A stretch of DNA of 64,000 nt, from positions 88,102,001 to 88,166,000 of the forward strand of contig NC_043003.1 in the NCBI RefSeq assembly GCF_006345805.1, read 5' to 3'. Both the position numbers and the translations under genes were made by a program. This DNA is from Octopus sinensis (Eukaryota). The notes below the pieces were generated by a model that saw only the letters and a list, made by a program, of their open reading frames with translations, made no database searches and had not been told where the DNA came from. Shown piece after piece: positions 12,655 through 25,944 of this stretch. Numbering within the stretch: the stretch's first letter is position 1; each line of letters begins with the position of its first letter.

Positions 12655-12754
12655 CCTTCTATAAAATAAAATATATATATATATAAACTGGTATTTTAAT
12701 TATAAAAGGATGAAAGTAAATAGTAAATACTTTCTACCTTGCTACCTTGGACTT

Positions 12755-13901
12755 TAAGGGTGAGCTAAAAAGTTTATTGGCTGACTATGAAGGAGCGATG
12801 CTAGAGCTGTGAAATCTTGCAGGCATTCATTTCAACTCTTCTTGTATTGTTTCTTTTCTGATAAACTGATATTTCACAGTTCAAAGAACACTTCAAAAGT
12901 AACTAGTATTAATTTATCTTGAAAATGGTCAAAATTTGGCATCATGGTGTTATCAAGTACTTGCAGAAAAATGGTTCAGCCACCAACAACATTCATGCTG
13001 ACATGAATGTAACATGAGGTAATGATGTTACAGCTTTATCAACAGTGCAAAAGTGGGTAGTTGAATTTAGGAGTGGGTAGGAAGAGTTCTGAAGTTGACC
13101 CCAAATCTGGATGTCCTGAAACTGCACCGCCAAGGAAAACAATCATGTTCACTACATGGTAATGGATGACAGGCAATTTGACTGTAAATCAAATAACCAA
13201 TGCTATTAGCATATCTCATGAGAGAGTAGAGAATATTCTGCACAATGAACTTGGCATGACAAAGGTTTCTGCTCAGTGGGTCCCACATCTTCTAACACCT
13301 GATCAAAAATGCACCAGGTTGATTACATCACAGGAAAACCTGAGATTGTTTCAGACAGATGCAGTTGGTTTCCTTGAATGTTTCCTAAGCTAAGATGAGA
13401 GTTGGGTTCATCACACTGAACCAGAAACAGACAATCCATGCAGTGGCAACACCCCTCCTCACCTGCTGCAAAGGCCAAGGTCATTTCATCTGCAGGGAAG
13501 GTAATGGCTTCAGAGTTTTGGGATGCAAAAGGCATTGTGTTTATTGACTATCTTCAAAAGGAGCATACCATCAATGGAGAGTACTATGCCAGCAAGTCCT
13601 TGGTTTCAGTAGCTGCTGTGCTTGACTGTGGCTTTGAACTCTCCCTTTCCTCCTGATTTGGCCCCATCTATCACCTGTTCCCCATAATTACAAAACATTT
13701 GGCTGGGAACCAGTATTGCAGTGATGATAACATATCTACTGTAGATGAATTTTTTAACCAACAGGATGAAAGCACTACAAAACTGATGGAAGAAGTGTGT
13801 GAACCATAAGCAGGACTATACTAAAAAATAAATCTCATTTGGTGGTTATATTCTATGAGAGTACCTTGGTTAGCCTATGAACTATTCAGCTGATCCTTGT
13901 A
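12755..13901 (+). mobile_element. Mariner-family DNA transposon, decayed and internally deleted
   Basis: Remnant motifs KVSAQWVPHLLT, DESWVHH, KVMASEFWDAKG and PDLAPS; imperfect TIRs at both ends. Confidence 0.85.
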
Positions 13902-14334
13902 TCTCTTGCTCTTGTTGCTTCTACCTCAATTTCAAGGCACGAAGTAGGGGCAAGAGGTAATCCAAAATATATCTGTGTTGAAAAAGTCACAGAAAACACC
14001 ATGAAAAATGATGCAGGGTTAAGAAGCACGGATAAATTTTGTGTTGCAAATTCAATTAAACTCCCAATAGTATGGAAATGATGTTAAATAGACAAAGATG
14101 AATTAACAAAGGAAACTGCTGGAATTAGCAATAAAAATCTCCTCCAAAACACACCCAAACATCTTAACAAAGGAAGAACATATCAAATAATGTAGTACAA
14201 CACACACATATTAAATGAGAAAAACAAATAAAAAAATGTGGTGGTCATGGCTGGGGATGATGATGATGATGATGATGGTGAAAATATGATTCATAAAAGG
14301 ATTAATTTTTTATGAAAAGCAATAGTGTACTTAC

Positions 14335-14415
14335 CATCAAGGCTTCAAGACTATCTGTTTGAGATTCGACACTTCGGTTGTAATTTTTTATTAAAGGTAA
14401 CCATTTTGTTAGATT
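14335..14415 (-). CDS. EIF2B5: eIF2B epsilon exon: NLTKWLPLIKNYNRSVESQTDSLEALM
   Basis: tgtag acceptor and gtaagt donor; 81 nt, phase 0/0. Aligns with human [26 protein letters not shown]. Confidence 0.88.
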
Positions 14416-14784
14416 CTACAAAAATTTTAATTAAATTAGAAAATTAAGTATTTAGCATCGATAATACAAACAGTGGTATTCTAAACATTTAAACAGGATG
14501 AAGCTAACATGACTTTCTGTGTAATTTAATAAAATATCAATTGGGGCTGTAAAAAGTAAAATTTTATAGTTTTGTTAAAAATAAATTAATGAAAGAACAG
14601 AACTGTCATCATTGGTCTTAAACTTATTTTGGACAGTGTATCTGACCTTGGGAAAATATTACTTTACTTGGAGTGGTGAGTGTTGGTGACAGGAAGAATC
14701 TGGCTGTAGAAAATCTACCTCAATAAACTCAGCCCAACCCATACAAGCTTGGAAAAGTAGATGTTAAAGCAATGATGATGATGA

Positions 14785-15130
14785 TAATGTGGAAAGACCT
14801 AGGAAGACCTGGAACAAAGTGGTGAGAAAGGATCTTCAGACACGGCCCAAATGAGGGGATGACAAGGGAGCAAGACTTGTAGCGAGTAACCATACTTGTG
14901 GCCATCCATACATACAGGCCATGACCCCACTCTTGCTCCCAGTTGAGAGGTCTTTGTCTTGCAAGCACCTGAGCTGATGGCACATAAAGAGCATCCAGCA
15001 GACTCTGTAAAGTGGTTGGTAGAACATCCAGCTACAGAAACCATGTCAAAACAGACAACTGGAGCCTGGACAGCTGTTGTCAAATTGTTCAGCCCATGCC
15101 AGCATGGAAAACAGATTTTAAATGGTGATG
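14785..15130 (+). mobile_element. Old RTE 3' fragment
   Basis: GGAAAGACCTAGGAAGACCTGG (GRPRKTW-like) at the start and a CCATGCCAGCATGGAAAA terminus. Confidence 0.65.
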
Positions 15131-15150
15131 ATTATATATGCATAAATATA

Positions 15151-16054
15151 CAGGGTGTCCATAAAGTCTCTTTACAATTTAGAAAAATTATTACAAAGGC
15201 AGTTGATGAGATATTTTAACCAGATTTGTTTTATTTTAATGATTGTTTATTAAAGTTTTTATTGATATTAAATTTTTGTGTTTCAGATACTCTGTTCATA
15301 GAAGGGAACTGATTCACTGAATCCCTATAAAATGAGGATGAAGCATTCCTCAAGTGAGTTTGTATTAGTGACGAGGCGACTTTTCATGTTTCAGGGAAAT
15401 TAAACAGACACAATGTGGGAATCTGGGGATCAGAACACCCCCATGTGACTAGGGAGTTTCAACGGGATAGTCCAAAAGTGAATGTGTGGTGTGGAATCAT
15501 GTGCAATCGAATAATTGGTCCATTTTTCTTCAACAAGGTAACAATTACTGCAGATGTTTACCTCAACCTTCTAACTGAATATGTGGCACCATAACTGATT
15601 GATTTAAAACCAACCATCATTTTCCAGCAAGATGGTGCACCACCACATTGGGGACGGCATGTTCGTCAGTTCCTCAGTCAAACATTTCCAGACCGATGGA
15701 TTGGAAGGGATGGGCCAATTCCATGGCCAGTGCGTTTGCCAGATATCACTCCCTTGGACTTCTTTTTATGGAGTTCTATAAAAGATATCATGTATCAAAC
15801 AAAGATACGGGACATTGCTGACTTGAAGCAAAGGATTCGTAATGCCATTGCCACCGTTGATGAGGCTGTCCTACAGCGAACATGGCACGAAATCGAGTAC
15901 CTTCTTGATGTGCGTTGTGCAACTAATGGTGCCCATATTGAGGTCTATTAAATAACAGTTAAAAAAAACTTTAATACACAATTATTACAATAAAACAAAT
16001 CAGGTTAAGATATCTTGTCAACTGCCTTTGTAATAAAATTTTAGAGACATCCTG
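15151..16054 (+). mobile_element. Tc1/mariner superfamily DD41D (rosa-type) transposon, N-terminally deleted
   Basis: TA-CAGGGTGTCC...GGACATCCTG-TA TIRs, with a longer TIR match at ACAAAGGCAGTTGA..GATAT.TTAACC. Translation SDEATFH...QQDGAPPHW...WPVRLPDITPLDFFLW has 41 residues between the 2nd and 3rd Asp (counted). Confidence 0.88.
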
Positions 16055-16984
16055 TATATCTCCATTCAGCATTAATTTGTTACCAAAAAAAGCAACAAGC
16101 ATGATGATAGGTCTCAACCACATACCCATCCCTTGGCAGGTAACCATATTCTTCATGGTTGTTCTTTTGCAATTTCAAAGGAAACCACAATCTTTAATTA
16201 ATATAGGAAAATCATGTCTTTCAATTTATAATCTATTCATAGTTTTGGGTTTAAATTTTGTTGCAAATATTCAATTAAAAGTGTAATACCTCACTAAGTT
16301 GAATTTATAGAAAACTAAATATAAGTGATTTATGTATAATTATCTGAAAAGAAAGATATTTCTGGAGATTGAAATGTTAAGTTAAATAACTGAAATTAAC
16401 ACTTCATTTGAGAAAGAAAGAAAGGAAACAAGTGAAATCAGTCATGCAGATGTCTGGCGAGAAACAAAAAACAGTTGGATTGTTTTACTTTTTAAACTAG
16501 TGTGTGAATTAATGACTGAATACTGTCAACTTCTTGGGTCTGTTGTGGCTTCAGGATGAATAGGATTGGTGGGCTCTGAATTTTCTTCCAACCCAATTTA
16601 CAGTTGGGGTTGACTCCCTTAGTTTTTGCTCTTTCACAGGCATTCAGAGACAGTGAAGGTTTTTGCATAGATGTCCCCTTCCTGATCTTCCTATCTTTCA
16701 AGGCCGCCAAACCCTGATCACTTACCCTCAGTATAGCTCTGAACTCAATAGTAAATTATCCTTGAGACATCTGACATATAATAAAATGCAATGTGTGTCA
16801 CACTGGTAGTGCTAGGGAAAGAGGAATAAAATAACAAACGGAGTGGGAGTGAGAGACAGTCAGCAGTGGAAAAGCAGGCAAACAGCATTCAAAAGTTTTG
16901 CTCTGAAGATGCTGATACCTTAATCAAAATAAAACTGCAAATTTTTATTGTAAATTGTATTTAGTTTATCAGTTTCATACACAC

Positions 16985-17175
16985 ATCATCATTATCATCA
17001 TTTAACGTCTGTTTTCCATGCTGGCATGGGTTGGACGGTTTGACTGAGGTTTGGAAAGCCAGCGGCTGCACCAGGCTCCAATCTGATCTGGCAATGTTTC
17101 TACAGCTGGATTGCCTTCCTAAAGCCAACCACTACGAGAGTGTAGCGGGTGCTTATTACATGCCATCAGCACAAG
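16985..17175 (-). mobile_element. Truncated RTE 3' tail
   Basis: CATCATT..CGTCTGTTTTCCATGCTGGCATGGGTTGGACGG terminus. Confidence 0.75.
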
Positions 17176-17997
17176 AGACGCATAAATATTAAATACTTTT
17201 CAAAATATTATTGTCCACATAACATATATTTATGTGAACGATAATAAGTATATATTGTTAGGAAATTATAAAAACGATAAAAACGTTTTATTGCATAATG
17301 TTAGGTTAAACAGGTAAACAGTTTCTCATACTGCACTGTAAGGTCAGGATGAAGTCCATTGTTAAGTTGGAGGAAGCTAGGTGTTAATAGCCAAACTCTG
17401 AAACTCTAACAAATTGGCTAGACCTTAACAAACGTTTATAAGCAGAGATAATTGTACCCCCAGTTTTTTGTGACAGTCTTTTTCTGTGAGACAAGGTTCA
17501 ATTGGATTCTGGAAGCTGTGATTGCCTGTTTAGTTTATGCACTTCGTGCTTTGGGTTAGGCATTTATGGAATTATTTTAAGCTCCAGGAATTCGCCAGAA
17601 CTTTTTGCTTGTCAGTTTTAAAATAATTTTTGTGTCACATCTGGGTCCAAGGTTCAAAAACTGAATTTGTGAAGCCAGGTTTTGTGTGAGGTCAATTTTG
17701 GTGAAACCAAAATGTGTGAATCCAGTTACGAATCCAAGTTTGGCAAATGAAGTTGGTGAAGTCGGGTTTCTGAACTATATATATATTACCTTTATAAATA
17801 TTTTGACTGCACATCTAGTGTAGCCTTAATTTATTTTTGTTTGCATAAATTTGTTTTGTATGTAGGCTGTTTTTTTTAATGCTGACACTTCATTGTTAAT
17901 AACATTTTACAAAAAACTTCTTGGTGTGTTGTTGTTTTGGGTTCACCCCATCCTTGTTGGCTGTGTAAATTCGGGTTATGGCCACCAGATTGTAACA

Positions 17998-18036
<39 letters not shown>

Positions 18037-18774
18037 TACACACTTCTTTTAGTCCAGTTTTCCATGCTTGCCCTTTCTGATACAAGCCCTTATTTCCTTT
18101 TCCAAGTAAAGAATAACATATTTTACTGATTCCATTGATGTAAAAAAAATGTAAACAAACACACACAAACATTCACACACGAAAACACATGCACTGGTAT
18201 ATAAAAATATATGTGTATGTATGTGTATATATATATACATATAGTAGCCTAAAAGCTGCCCGGTAGGGTGACTTTTAAGCTAGTATGTAGCTTTTAAGCA
18301 ACTGACCCTGAATAGGAAATCTACAAACAGATCTCTGACTTGTTTTGGAGAATTTGTTACAGTTACTTCCTCCCAATGTTGATCATATTCGCTGCCAAAA
18401 AATTCATGTAAAAAAACATCAATGAAAACAATCGCAGTAATGAAAACTTAGGAATCCAAAATTTCAAGATTGCAGGTCCGGATTCGGCCTGGAATGTTTT
18501 TAATTTACCCACGGAGTTAGCATTTAGATTATAAAAATTGTTATCATTAAAAAAAATTTGTCACACAAAGTCATGTAAAAAAAAACCTCCAAAAACAATT
18601 GCAGTAATGAAAACTTGAGAATCCAAAATTTCAAGATTGTGGGATCAGATTTGGCCCAGAATACTTTTGATTTACTCAGAGTCAGCCTGACTCCATAATG
18701 GGCTATGGCCTCTAGGAGTAAAGTTGAAAAAGTGTGATACACTGACATTCATATTTATTGTATTATATTATATT

Positions 18775-18990
18775 AAGGCAGCGAGCAGGCAGAATCATTA
18801 CCATGCCAGATGAAATGCCTAGCGGTATCTTATCTGCTGTTAGGTTTTGACTTTGAGTTCTGCCGAGGTTGACTTTGTCTCTTACAAGGTCAATAAAATT
18901 AATACCTGTTACGTACTGGAGTTGATGTAATCGACTTAATCCCTTCCCTCAAAATTTGGGGTCTTGTGCTTGCAGTAGAAAGGATTTATT
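18775..18990 (+). mobile_element. SINE flanked by a ~47-55 bp direct repeat
   Basis: AAAGTTGAAAAAGTGTGA.A.ACTGACATTC.TATTTATT occurs at 18719 and 18990. Confidence 0.75.
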
Positions 18991-19435
18991 AAAGTTGAAA
19001 AAGTGTGACAAACTGACATTCCTATTTATTATATTAGATATGTTTAATTTTAGGTAAACCTTATACCAATTAAAGTGTATTTTATATATATACTAGCAGA
19101 GATAGGTCATGTTGCTCAGGATTAAAATGGCAGAGTTCTACTTGTTTTGGTCGTGTGACTAAGCCATGCTGGAGCAACACCTTTAGTCGAAAAATCGACC
19201 CCAGGATTTATTCTTTGTAACCCTAGTACTTATTCTATTGGTGTGTTTTGCCAAATGTCCAAGTTATAGGGGATGTAAATACAGCAACATCAGTTGTCAA
19301 GCGATGGTGGGGGTACAAACACACACACACACAAATATATACATATATACGACAATCTTCTTTCATCTTCCGTGTATGAAATCCACTCAGAAAGCTTTGG
19401 TGGGTTTGAGAGTATAGTGTGTGTGTGTGTGTGTA

Positions 19436-21885
19436 TCATCATCATCATCATCATCATTTAGCGTCCGTTTTCCATGCTAGCATGGGTTGGACGGTTCTAC
19501 TGGGGTCTGTGAAGCCAGAAGGCTTCATCAGGCCCAGTCAAATCTGGCAGTGTTTCTACGGCTGGATGCCCTTCCTAACGCCAACCACTCCGTGAGTGTA
19601 GTGGGTGCTTTTTACGTGCCACCCGCACTGGTGCCAGACAGAGCTGGCAAACGGCCACGAACGGATGGTGCTTTTTATGTGCCACCGGCACGAGGGCCAG
19701 GCGAGGCTGGCAACGGACACGAAACGGGGCGGTGCTGGCAACGGTCGCGAAACGGAAAGTTCTCTTACATGCCACCGGCACTGGTAACACATCTGCAATT
19801 TCCATTGATCGATTTCGATTCTGATCCTCACTTGCCTCAATGGGTCTTCACAAGCAGAGTTTCGACATGCCACCGGCACTGGTAGCACATCCGCAATTTC
19901 CATTGATCGATTTCGATTCTGATCCTCACTTGCCTCAACACGTCTTCACAAGTAGAGTTTTGTGTCCCAAGAAGGGAAGGTATGCATACGTAGGCTGGCT
20001 CCATCCCATGTAGAAGGCCACGGGTGTGGACTCACTTGTCCTGCCGGGTCTTCTCGCGCACAGCACACTTCCAGAGGTCTCGGTCTCTAGTCATTTCCTC
20101 AGTGAGACCTAAAGTTCGAAGGTCGTGCTTCACCACCTCGTCCCAGGTTTTCCTGGGTCTGCCTCTTCCACAGGTTCCCTCAACCGCTAGGGTGTGGCAC
20201 TTTTTCACACAACTATCTTCATCCATTCTCGCCACATGACCATACCAGCGCAAACGTCTCTCTTGCACACCACAACTGATGCTTCTTAGGTCCAGCTTTT
20301 CTCTCAAGGTACTTACACTCTGCCGAGTGAGAGTACCGGCATTACACATCCATCGGAGCATACTGGCTTCATTTCTAGCGAGCTTACGCATATCCTCAGC
20401 AGTCACGGCCCATGTTTCACTGCTATGTAGCATGGCTGTTCGTACACACGCATCATACAGTCTGCCTTTCACTCTGTGCGAGAGGCCTTTTGTCACCAGC
20501 AGAGGTAAGAGCTCTCTGAACTTTGCCCAAGCTATTCTTACTCTAGCAGTTACACTTTCAGCACACCCACCCCCGCTGCTGACTTGGTCACCTAGGTAAC
20601 GGAAACTATCAACTATTTCTAGTTTTTCTCCCTGGAAAGTGACGGAAGTTGGTCTCAGAGCATTTTCAGTGTTTATTGTTCCTGAGCATCTGCCACATAC
20701 AAAAACCATCTCCTAGTTAGCCTTCCTTTGACATTGCTGCATCTCTTATGTGTCCATAGCTTACACTTGGTGCATCTTATAGAGTTTCTACCTACACTTT
20801 TCTACAGATCGAGCAGGGCCATCTACCTGAAGGTGTTTGTGATTTGTCTACCTTCCTACTGATTACGACTTTGGTTTTAGCTAGATTGACTCTGAGGCCC
20901 TTCGATTCTAATCCTTGTTTCCACACCTGAAACTTCTCCTCCAGTTCTGATAGCGACTCAGCAATTAGAGCAAGGTCATCAGCATAGAGGAGCTCCCAAG
21001 GGCATCCTGTCTTGAATTCCTCCGTTATTGCCTGGAGGACTATGATAAATAGGAGGGGGCTGAGTACTGAGCCTTGGTGGACCCCTACCTCTACCCGGAA
21101 TTCTTCACTGTACTCATTTCCAACCCTCACCCTACTAGCGGCGTCCCTATACATGGCCCGCACAGCTCTCACTAACCATTCATCTATCCCTAGTTTTCTC
21201 ATTGCCCACCAGATAAGGGATCGGGGGACCCTGTCGAAGGCTTTCTCCATGTCAACAAAAGCCAGGTACAGGGGCTTATCTTTGGCTAGGTATTTCTCCT
21301 GCAGCTGCCTTACCAGGAATATAGCATCAGTAGTACTTTTCCCTGGCACAAACCCAAACTGCATCTCATCTAAACTAACTCTCTCTCTAATTAGTTGGGC
21401 TATGACCCTCTCCGTAACCTTCATCACCTGGTCCAACAGCTTGATACCTCTGTAGTTATTTGTATCTAGGGCATCACCTTTACCTTTGTAGCAGTTGACT
21501 ATTATACTGCTACACCAGTCATTGGGTATGACCCCTTTGTGTATCACCTGATTAACTATATGGGTGACTAGGCTATAGCCGACACTACCAGACATTTTGA
21601 GCATCTCTGCAGTGATTCCTGATGGGCCTGGGGCTTTCCCTGTCTTCATGCTTCTAATTGCCTTAGCTACCACAGAACTATCAACTCGGATAGCTGGTCC
21701 TCTGTTGGGTCAACATTCGGCAGACTCTCTTTATCCCATTCATTTTCTTCATTCAGCAACCTTTCATAGTGGCATCTCCAAACCTCTCTCTTCGCATCCT
21801 CATTTAGCGCAAGTGAACCATCTTCCATGCGAACACACTTCTCTCCTACCACATCACGATTCTCTCTCAAACACTGTCTTGCAAC
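19436..21885 (-). mobile_element. RTE LINE, 5'-truncated (linker, RT, PHD-like finger, 3' UTR), one frameshift near 20797
   Basis: ORFs 20792-21673 and 20032-20709 contain [28 protein letters not shown] and LLYADD; nearly identical to 58140-60597. Confidence 0.95.
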
Positions 21886-22125
21886 ATATGTATATATTAT
21901 ATATGTACATACACACACACACACATTGCTTGACATCTGATGCTGGTTTGTTTATACATCCCTGTAACTTAGCAGTTCAGGAAAAAGAGACTGACAGAAT
22001 AAGTACCAGGCTTACAAAGAATAAGTAATGTGGTCGATTTGCTTGACTAAAAGGGGGTGCTCCAGTATGGCTGCATTCAAATGACTGAAACAAGTGAGAG
22101 TAAAGAATATATAAATATATACATA

Positions 22126-22157
<32 letters not shown>

Positions 22158-22175
22158 CACACACATTATATACAC

Positions 22176-22206
<31 letters not shown>

Positions 22207-22300
22207 CATATATATATACACATATATATATACACATATATATATACACATATATATATACACAAATATATATACACATATATATATACACATACCTATA

Positions 22301-22334
<34 letters not shown>

Positions 22335-22534
22335 CATACATATATATATATACAAATATATATATTGCAAAATAGTGGTATTGTCTCTAATAATATTTTA
22401 CATATATATATATACATATATATATATATACATACATATATATATATATATATACATACATATACATACATATATATATACATACATATATATATATATA
22501 CATACATATATATATATATATACATACATGTATA

Positions 22535-25500
22535 TTATGGCATATCTTTCCCGCCTACGCTCCAGGGAATATAATTTTAATTTCCTGAGTCTTTCCCAGG
22601 AGCTTACATTCTGCATAGAGGCTATCTTCTTCGTGTAGCTACGTTGGATCGCCTCAAGCTCTGTGATCAACTTGACACTGGATGGTGACCATAACTGAGA
22701 GCAGTAGTCAAAGTGGCTTAGGACAAGTGTCCTCCAGAGGACCATCATGGTTTCTTGTTCTCTTGTTCTAAAGGTTCTGAGGATCCATCCGGCCAGTCGT
22801 CTACATTTCATTGCCAATTTAGCAACATGTACACGAAAGGTCGCGTCATCACTCATGTAAATACCTAGGTCACGCACTGATTGTGCCTCTGGGATTGCTA
22901 TTCCTCCGGGTCCAGTGTATTCATTGTGTATTGCATTTAGTTTTGCATGCTGATAGTATAGAGCTTGAAACTTTTCAGCATTGACTGCATGCTATTCTTT
23001 TCGGCCCACTTGTATATTTTGTCTAGCTCACATTGCAGGTGTTTAGTGTCCTCAGGGTTCTGTATTGCCTGTGAAACTTTTGTATCATCTGCATAACTTG
23101 TGATCGTGGCTCTCTGCGTGGCTGAGGGCATGTCTGAGAGGGCCATTATGAACAGTAGTGGTCCCAGAACAGTGCCCTGCGGAACACCGCTCACTATTTG
23201 CGTGTTAATGGAAGTGGCCCCATTGGCCTACCACCTGACTTCTATCTTTCAGAAAGTCATGAAGCCATTCTCCCAGTTTTCCAACTATGTTGAGATCACG
23301 CAGTTTGTGACATATCATTCCATGATCGACTTTATCAAAGGCCTTTGCAAAGTCGAGATATATCACTTCCACATTTGAGTGGTTGAGCAGCCGTTTCAGC
23401 ACCCAGTCATAGTGTTGTAGAGCTGAGTTAAACAGCTTCTCCCTGGTCGGAAACCATATTGGGTGTCGGGCAGCAAGTCATTTTCTTCAAGGAAGGTGAT
23501 CAGCTTCCTTCTGACTATTCGTTCCATGACCTTGCTGATGTGTGAGGTCAGAGAGATAGGTCTATAGTTCTTGGCTTCCGCTCTGCTACCTCCTTTATGA
23601 ATGGGGCATATTTTACCTCCTTCAGTTTTCTTGGAAGTTTGCCAGCTGCAAGAAAGCTCTGAAAGAGGAACTGCAGTGGTCTTGCTAGGACTCTCTTACA
23701 TGCTTTTAGGAGGATTGCCGGGAATCCATCGGGGCCAGTAGCTGAGTCTGTTTTCATTTCATCTATAGCCTTGATTACATCGTCTTCCTTTATATCGATG
23801 TAATCTATCGTCGCCGCCTCTGATTTTATATCTGCAGTGGTAAAAAAGTCAGTTGGATTGGTGATTTGGAGATGCCCAAGGGGGGATTGAAAACACTCTT
23901 GAATTGCTCATTCAGTATTTCACTTACCCTAATTGGTTTTCCTGTAAGTGTGACATCCTTTTCGAGGAGTGGCCCTATTCTACAGTGCACCGTAGCTGTT
24001 TCTTTGGCATACCTGTAGAAAGCTCTGGGGTTAGATTTTATGTTGTCTATAGCCCAGGCTTCTTTGTCTGCTCTTTCCTTTTCATGGGAGAGTTTCAGAC
24101 ATTTTTCGATTTCCAACAGTTTTATTTTTAGGCGGGACTTTTCACTGCTTTCAATCTGTTTGTTTAGGCGATTTGAAAATTTTGTACCCATCTCATTAGA
24201 ATTTTCCTCTCTCTGGGGATTTTGTTCTTGTGTACAGTGGCCTTTCTCTCTGGGACATATTTGTAGCATATGGCTTGCATTACAGACATGAATTGTTGAA
24301 GTTTCACGTCGATGTCTGGCGAGGAGAGACATTTAGGCCAGTTTTGTTTGAGGATCTCTTTCTCAATTTGTTTCCAGTTTGCCTTATGGTAGTTCAAGCT
24401 GGAAAGATTCTGGGGGTTTCTTGTAGGCTGCATGTCCGTGCTCTTTTTGGCCCGTACATGGTCAGCTCTATCATGTTGTGATCCGAGTAGTGTCGGTGTC
24501 ACTTTCACATTATGGATGAGATCCATGTCATTTGTGAAGCAGAGATCCAGTGTGTTACCTGCCCTGGTTGGTTGGAGTATTACCTGCTCCATGTACAGGG
24601 TGTTGATGAGGTTCAGGAGGGACCTCGCCTGTCCTCGTTCACATCTTGTCATTCCTGGGAGAGAAAGGCCCTCGGGCCATCTGACATTTGGCAGATTGAA
24701 GTCTCCCATAAGAAGTACACTTATGTGTTGTTCTAATGTGGTTAGAACTTCTTCTATTTTTATAAGGCAGTCTTCAAACTTGCCCACATGGCTTGGGGCA
24801 TCTGGAGGGCGATATGTAGCACACACAACTACATCAAGTTGCCTTATATGTACAATTAGTGTGTCACACACCGAGTTTGAGTATGACAAGAGGACCTGGG
24901 GTGTGAGGTCCTCAAGGATGTACATAGCAACACCTCCATGACTCCTTTCTTTCCTGTCGGTCCGTAGTACAGCATACTGTGGTATGTGTAACTCCGCATC
25001 TGCTATATCCGGTTTCAGGTGCGTTTCCGTTAGTGCTATGCATAAGGCTTGATTGCATGCAACAAAATCTCTCAGGAACGGGATTTTTGTCCTGTTACTG
25101 AGTGTTTGCAGTCCTCTGATGTTCAGTAGGAGCATCGAGGTGAGGTGTATGTTGTTGCCTGGTGTCCATCCTGGTCTGTTTGCTGTGGTGGTGGTCTGGT
25201 ATATAGTGGGTAGTCCCACCTGCGGGCTTGGGTTTGATGAAGCCAGGTCAGCTGCTGTACAATCTTTTGTGCCATGCACAAAAAAGATTGTTGCTCAGCA
25301 GCTGCTCTTTCGACAACATCATGTTGGTGGTTTGTGGCACGCACAACATCTGCGTACCTCCGCTTTGGGGCAAGTGGTGCGTGGTCAATCCCTTTTCCTT
25401 GTGTTGATGGTTTGTCCATCTGCCTCGTGTCTCTGTGGCAGGGTCCCCGATGTGCAAAGCGGCAGCCTGCACCTTCCTTTCCATGCCAGCAGGAACCTCT

Positions 25501-25740
25501 CAGGTAGAACCTACACACCTGTGTGCGCTGTCCGTTTCCATCTTTTGCGGTTCCACTTCTATTCCTGGTTTTTTCACCCTTTGGTCCTGCTTGAGCTTTT
25601 CCTTTAGCTCTACCAGCCCTTCTTTTAGTTCTTCCTCCTCCCTCTACCTCTTCACCGGGTTCTCCGTCTCCATGGCCTTTGCTGCCGGTTGGAGAACTTG
25701 CACCTGGGTTCACTTCCCGGGCAGGTTTCTCATTCAAAAC
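22535..25740 (-). mobile_element. CR1/L2-group LINE (ORF1 remnant with CCCH finger; APE endonuclease plus RT), frameshifted
   Basis: [68 protein letters not shown]. Both ends are buried in (TA)n. Confidence 0.9.
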
Positions 25741-25944
25741 ATGTATATGTATATATACATATATATACATATACATATATATATACATATATATATATAT
25801 ATACATATATATATACATATATATATGCATATATATATACATATATATATACATATATATATACATATATATATGCATATATATATACATATATATATAT
25901 GCATATATATATATACATATATATATATATGTATATATATATAT

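Larger units (their letters stand above)
10521..12670. mobile_element. Foldback element E1: ~650 bp microsatellite-rich inverted arms, each with an outward-facing hammerhead ribozyme, plus a one-sided ~70 bp extension
   Basis: 10591-11250 is the reverse complement of ~11930-12670; the element is flanked by (TA)n. A second family member lies at 54759-61210. Confidence 0.88.

Noticed and set aside
16726-16770. Possible 45-nt minus-strand cassette exon (cag/ATGTCTCAAGGATAA...GAGG/gtaagt)
   Set aside because: Weak polypyrimidine tract, in-frame stop and no homology; not supportable without RNA data.
20279-21455. Antisense ORFs repeated across RTE copies ([10 protein letters not shown]..., MLLRSSFSL...)
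   Set aside because: These are shadow frames of the RT coding strand.
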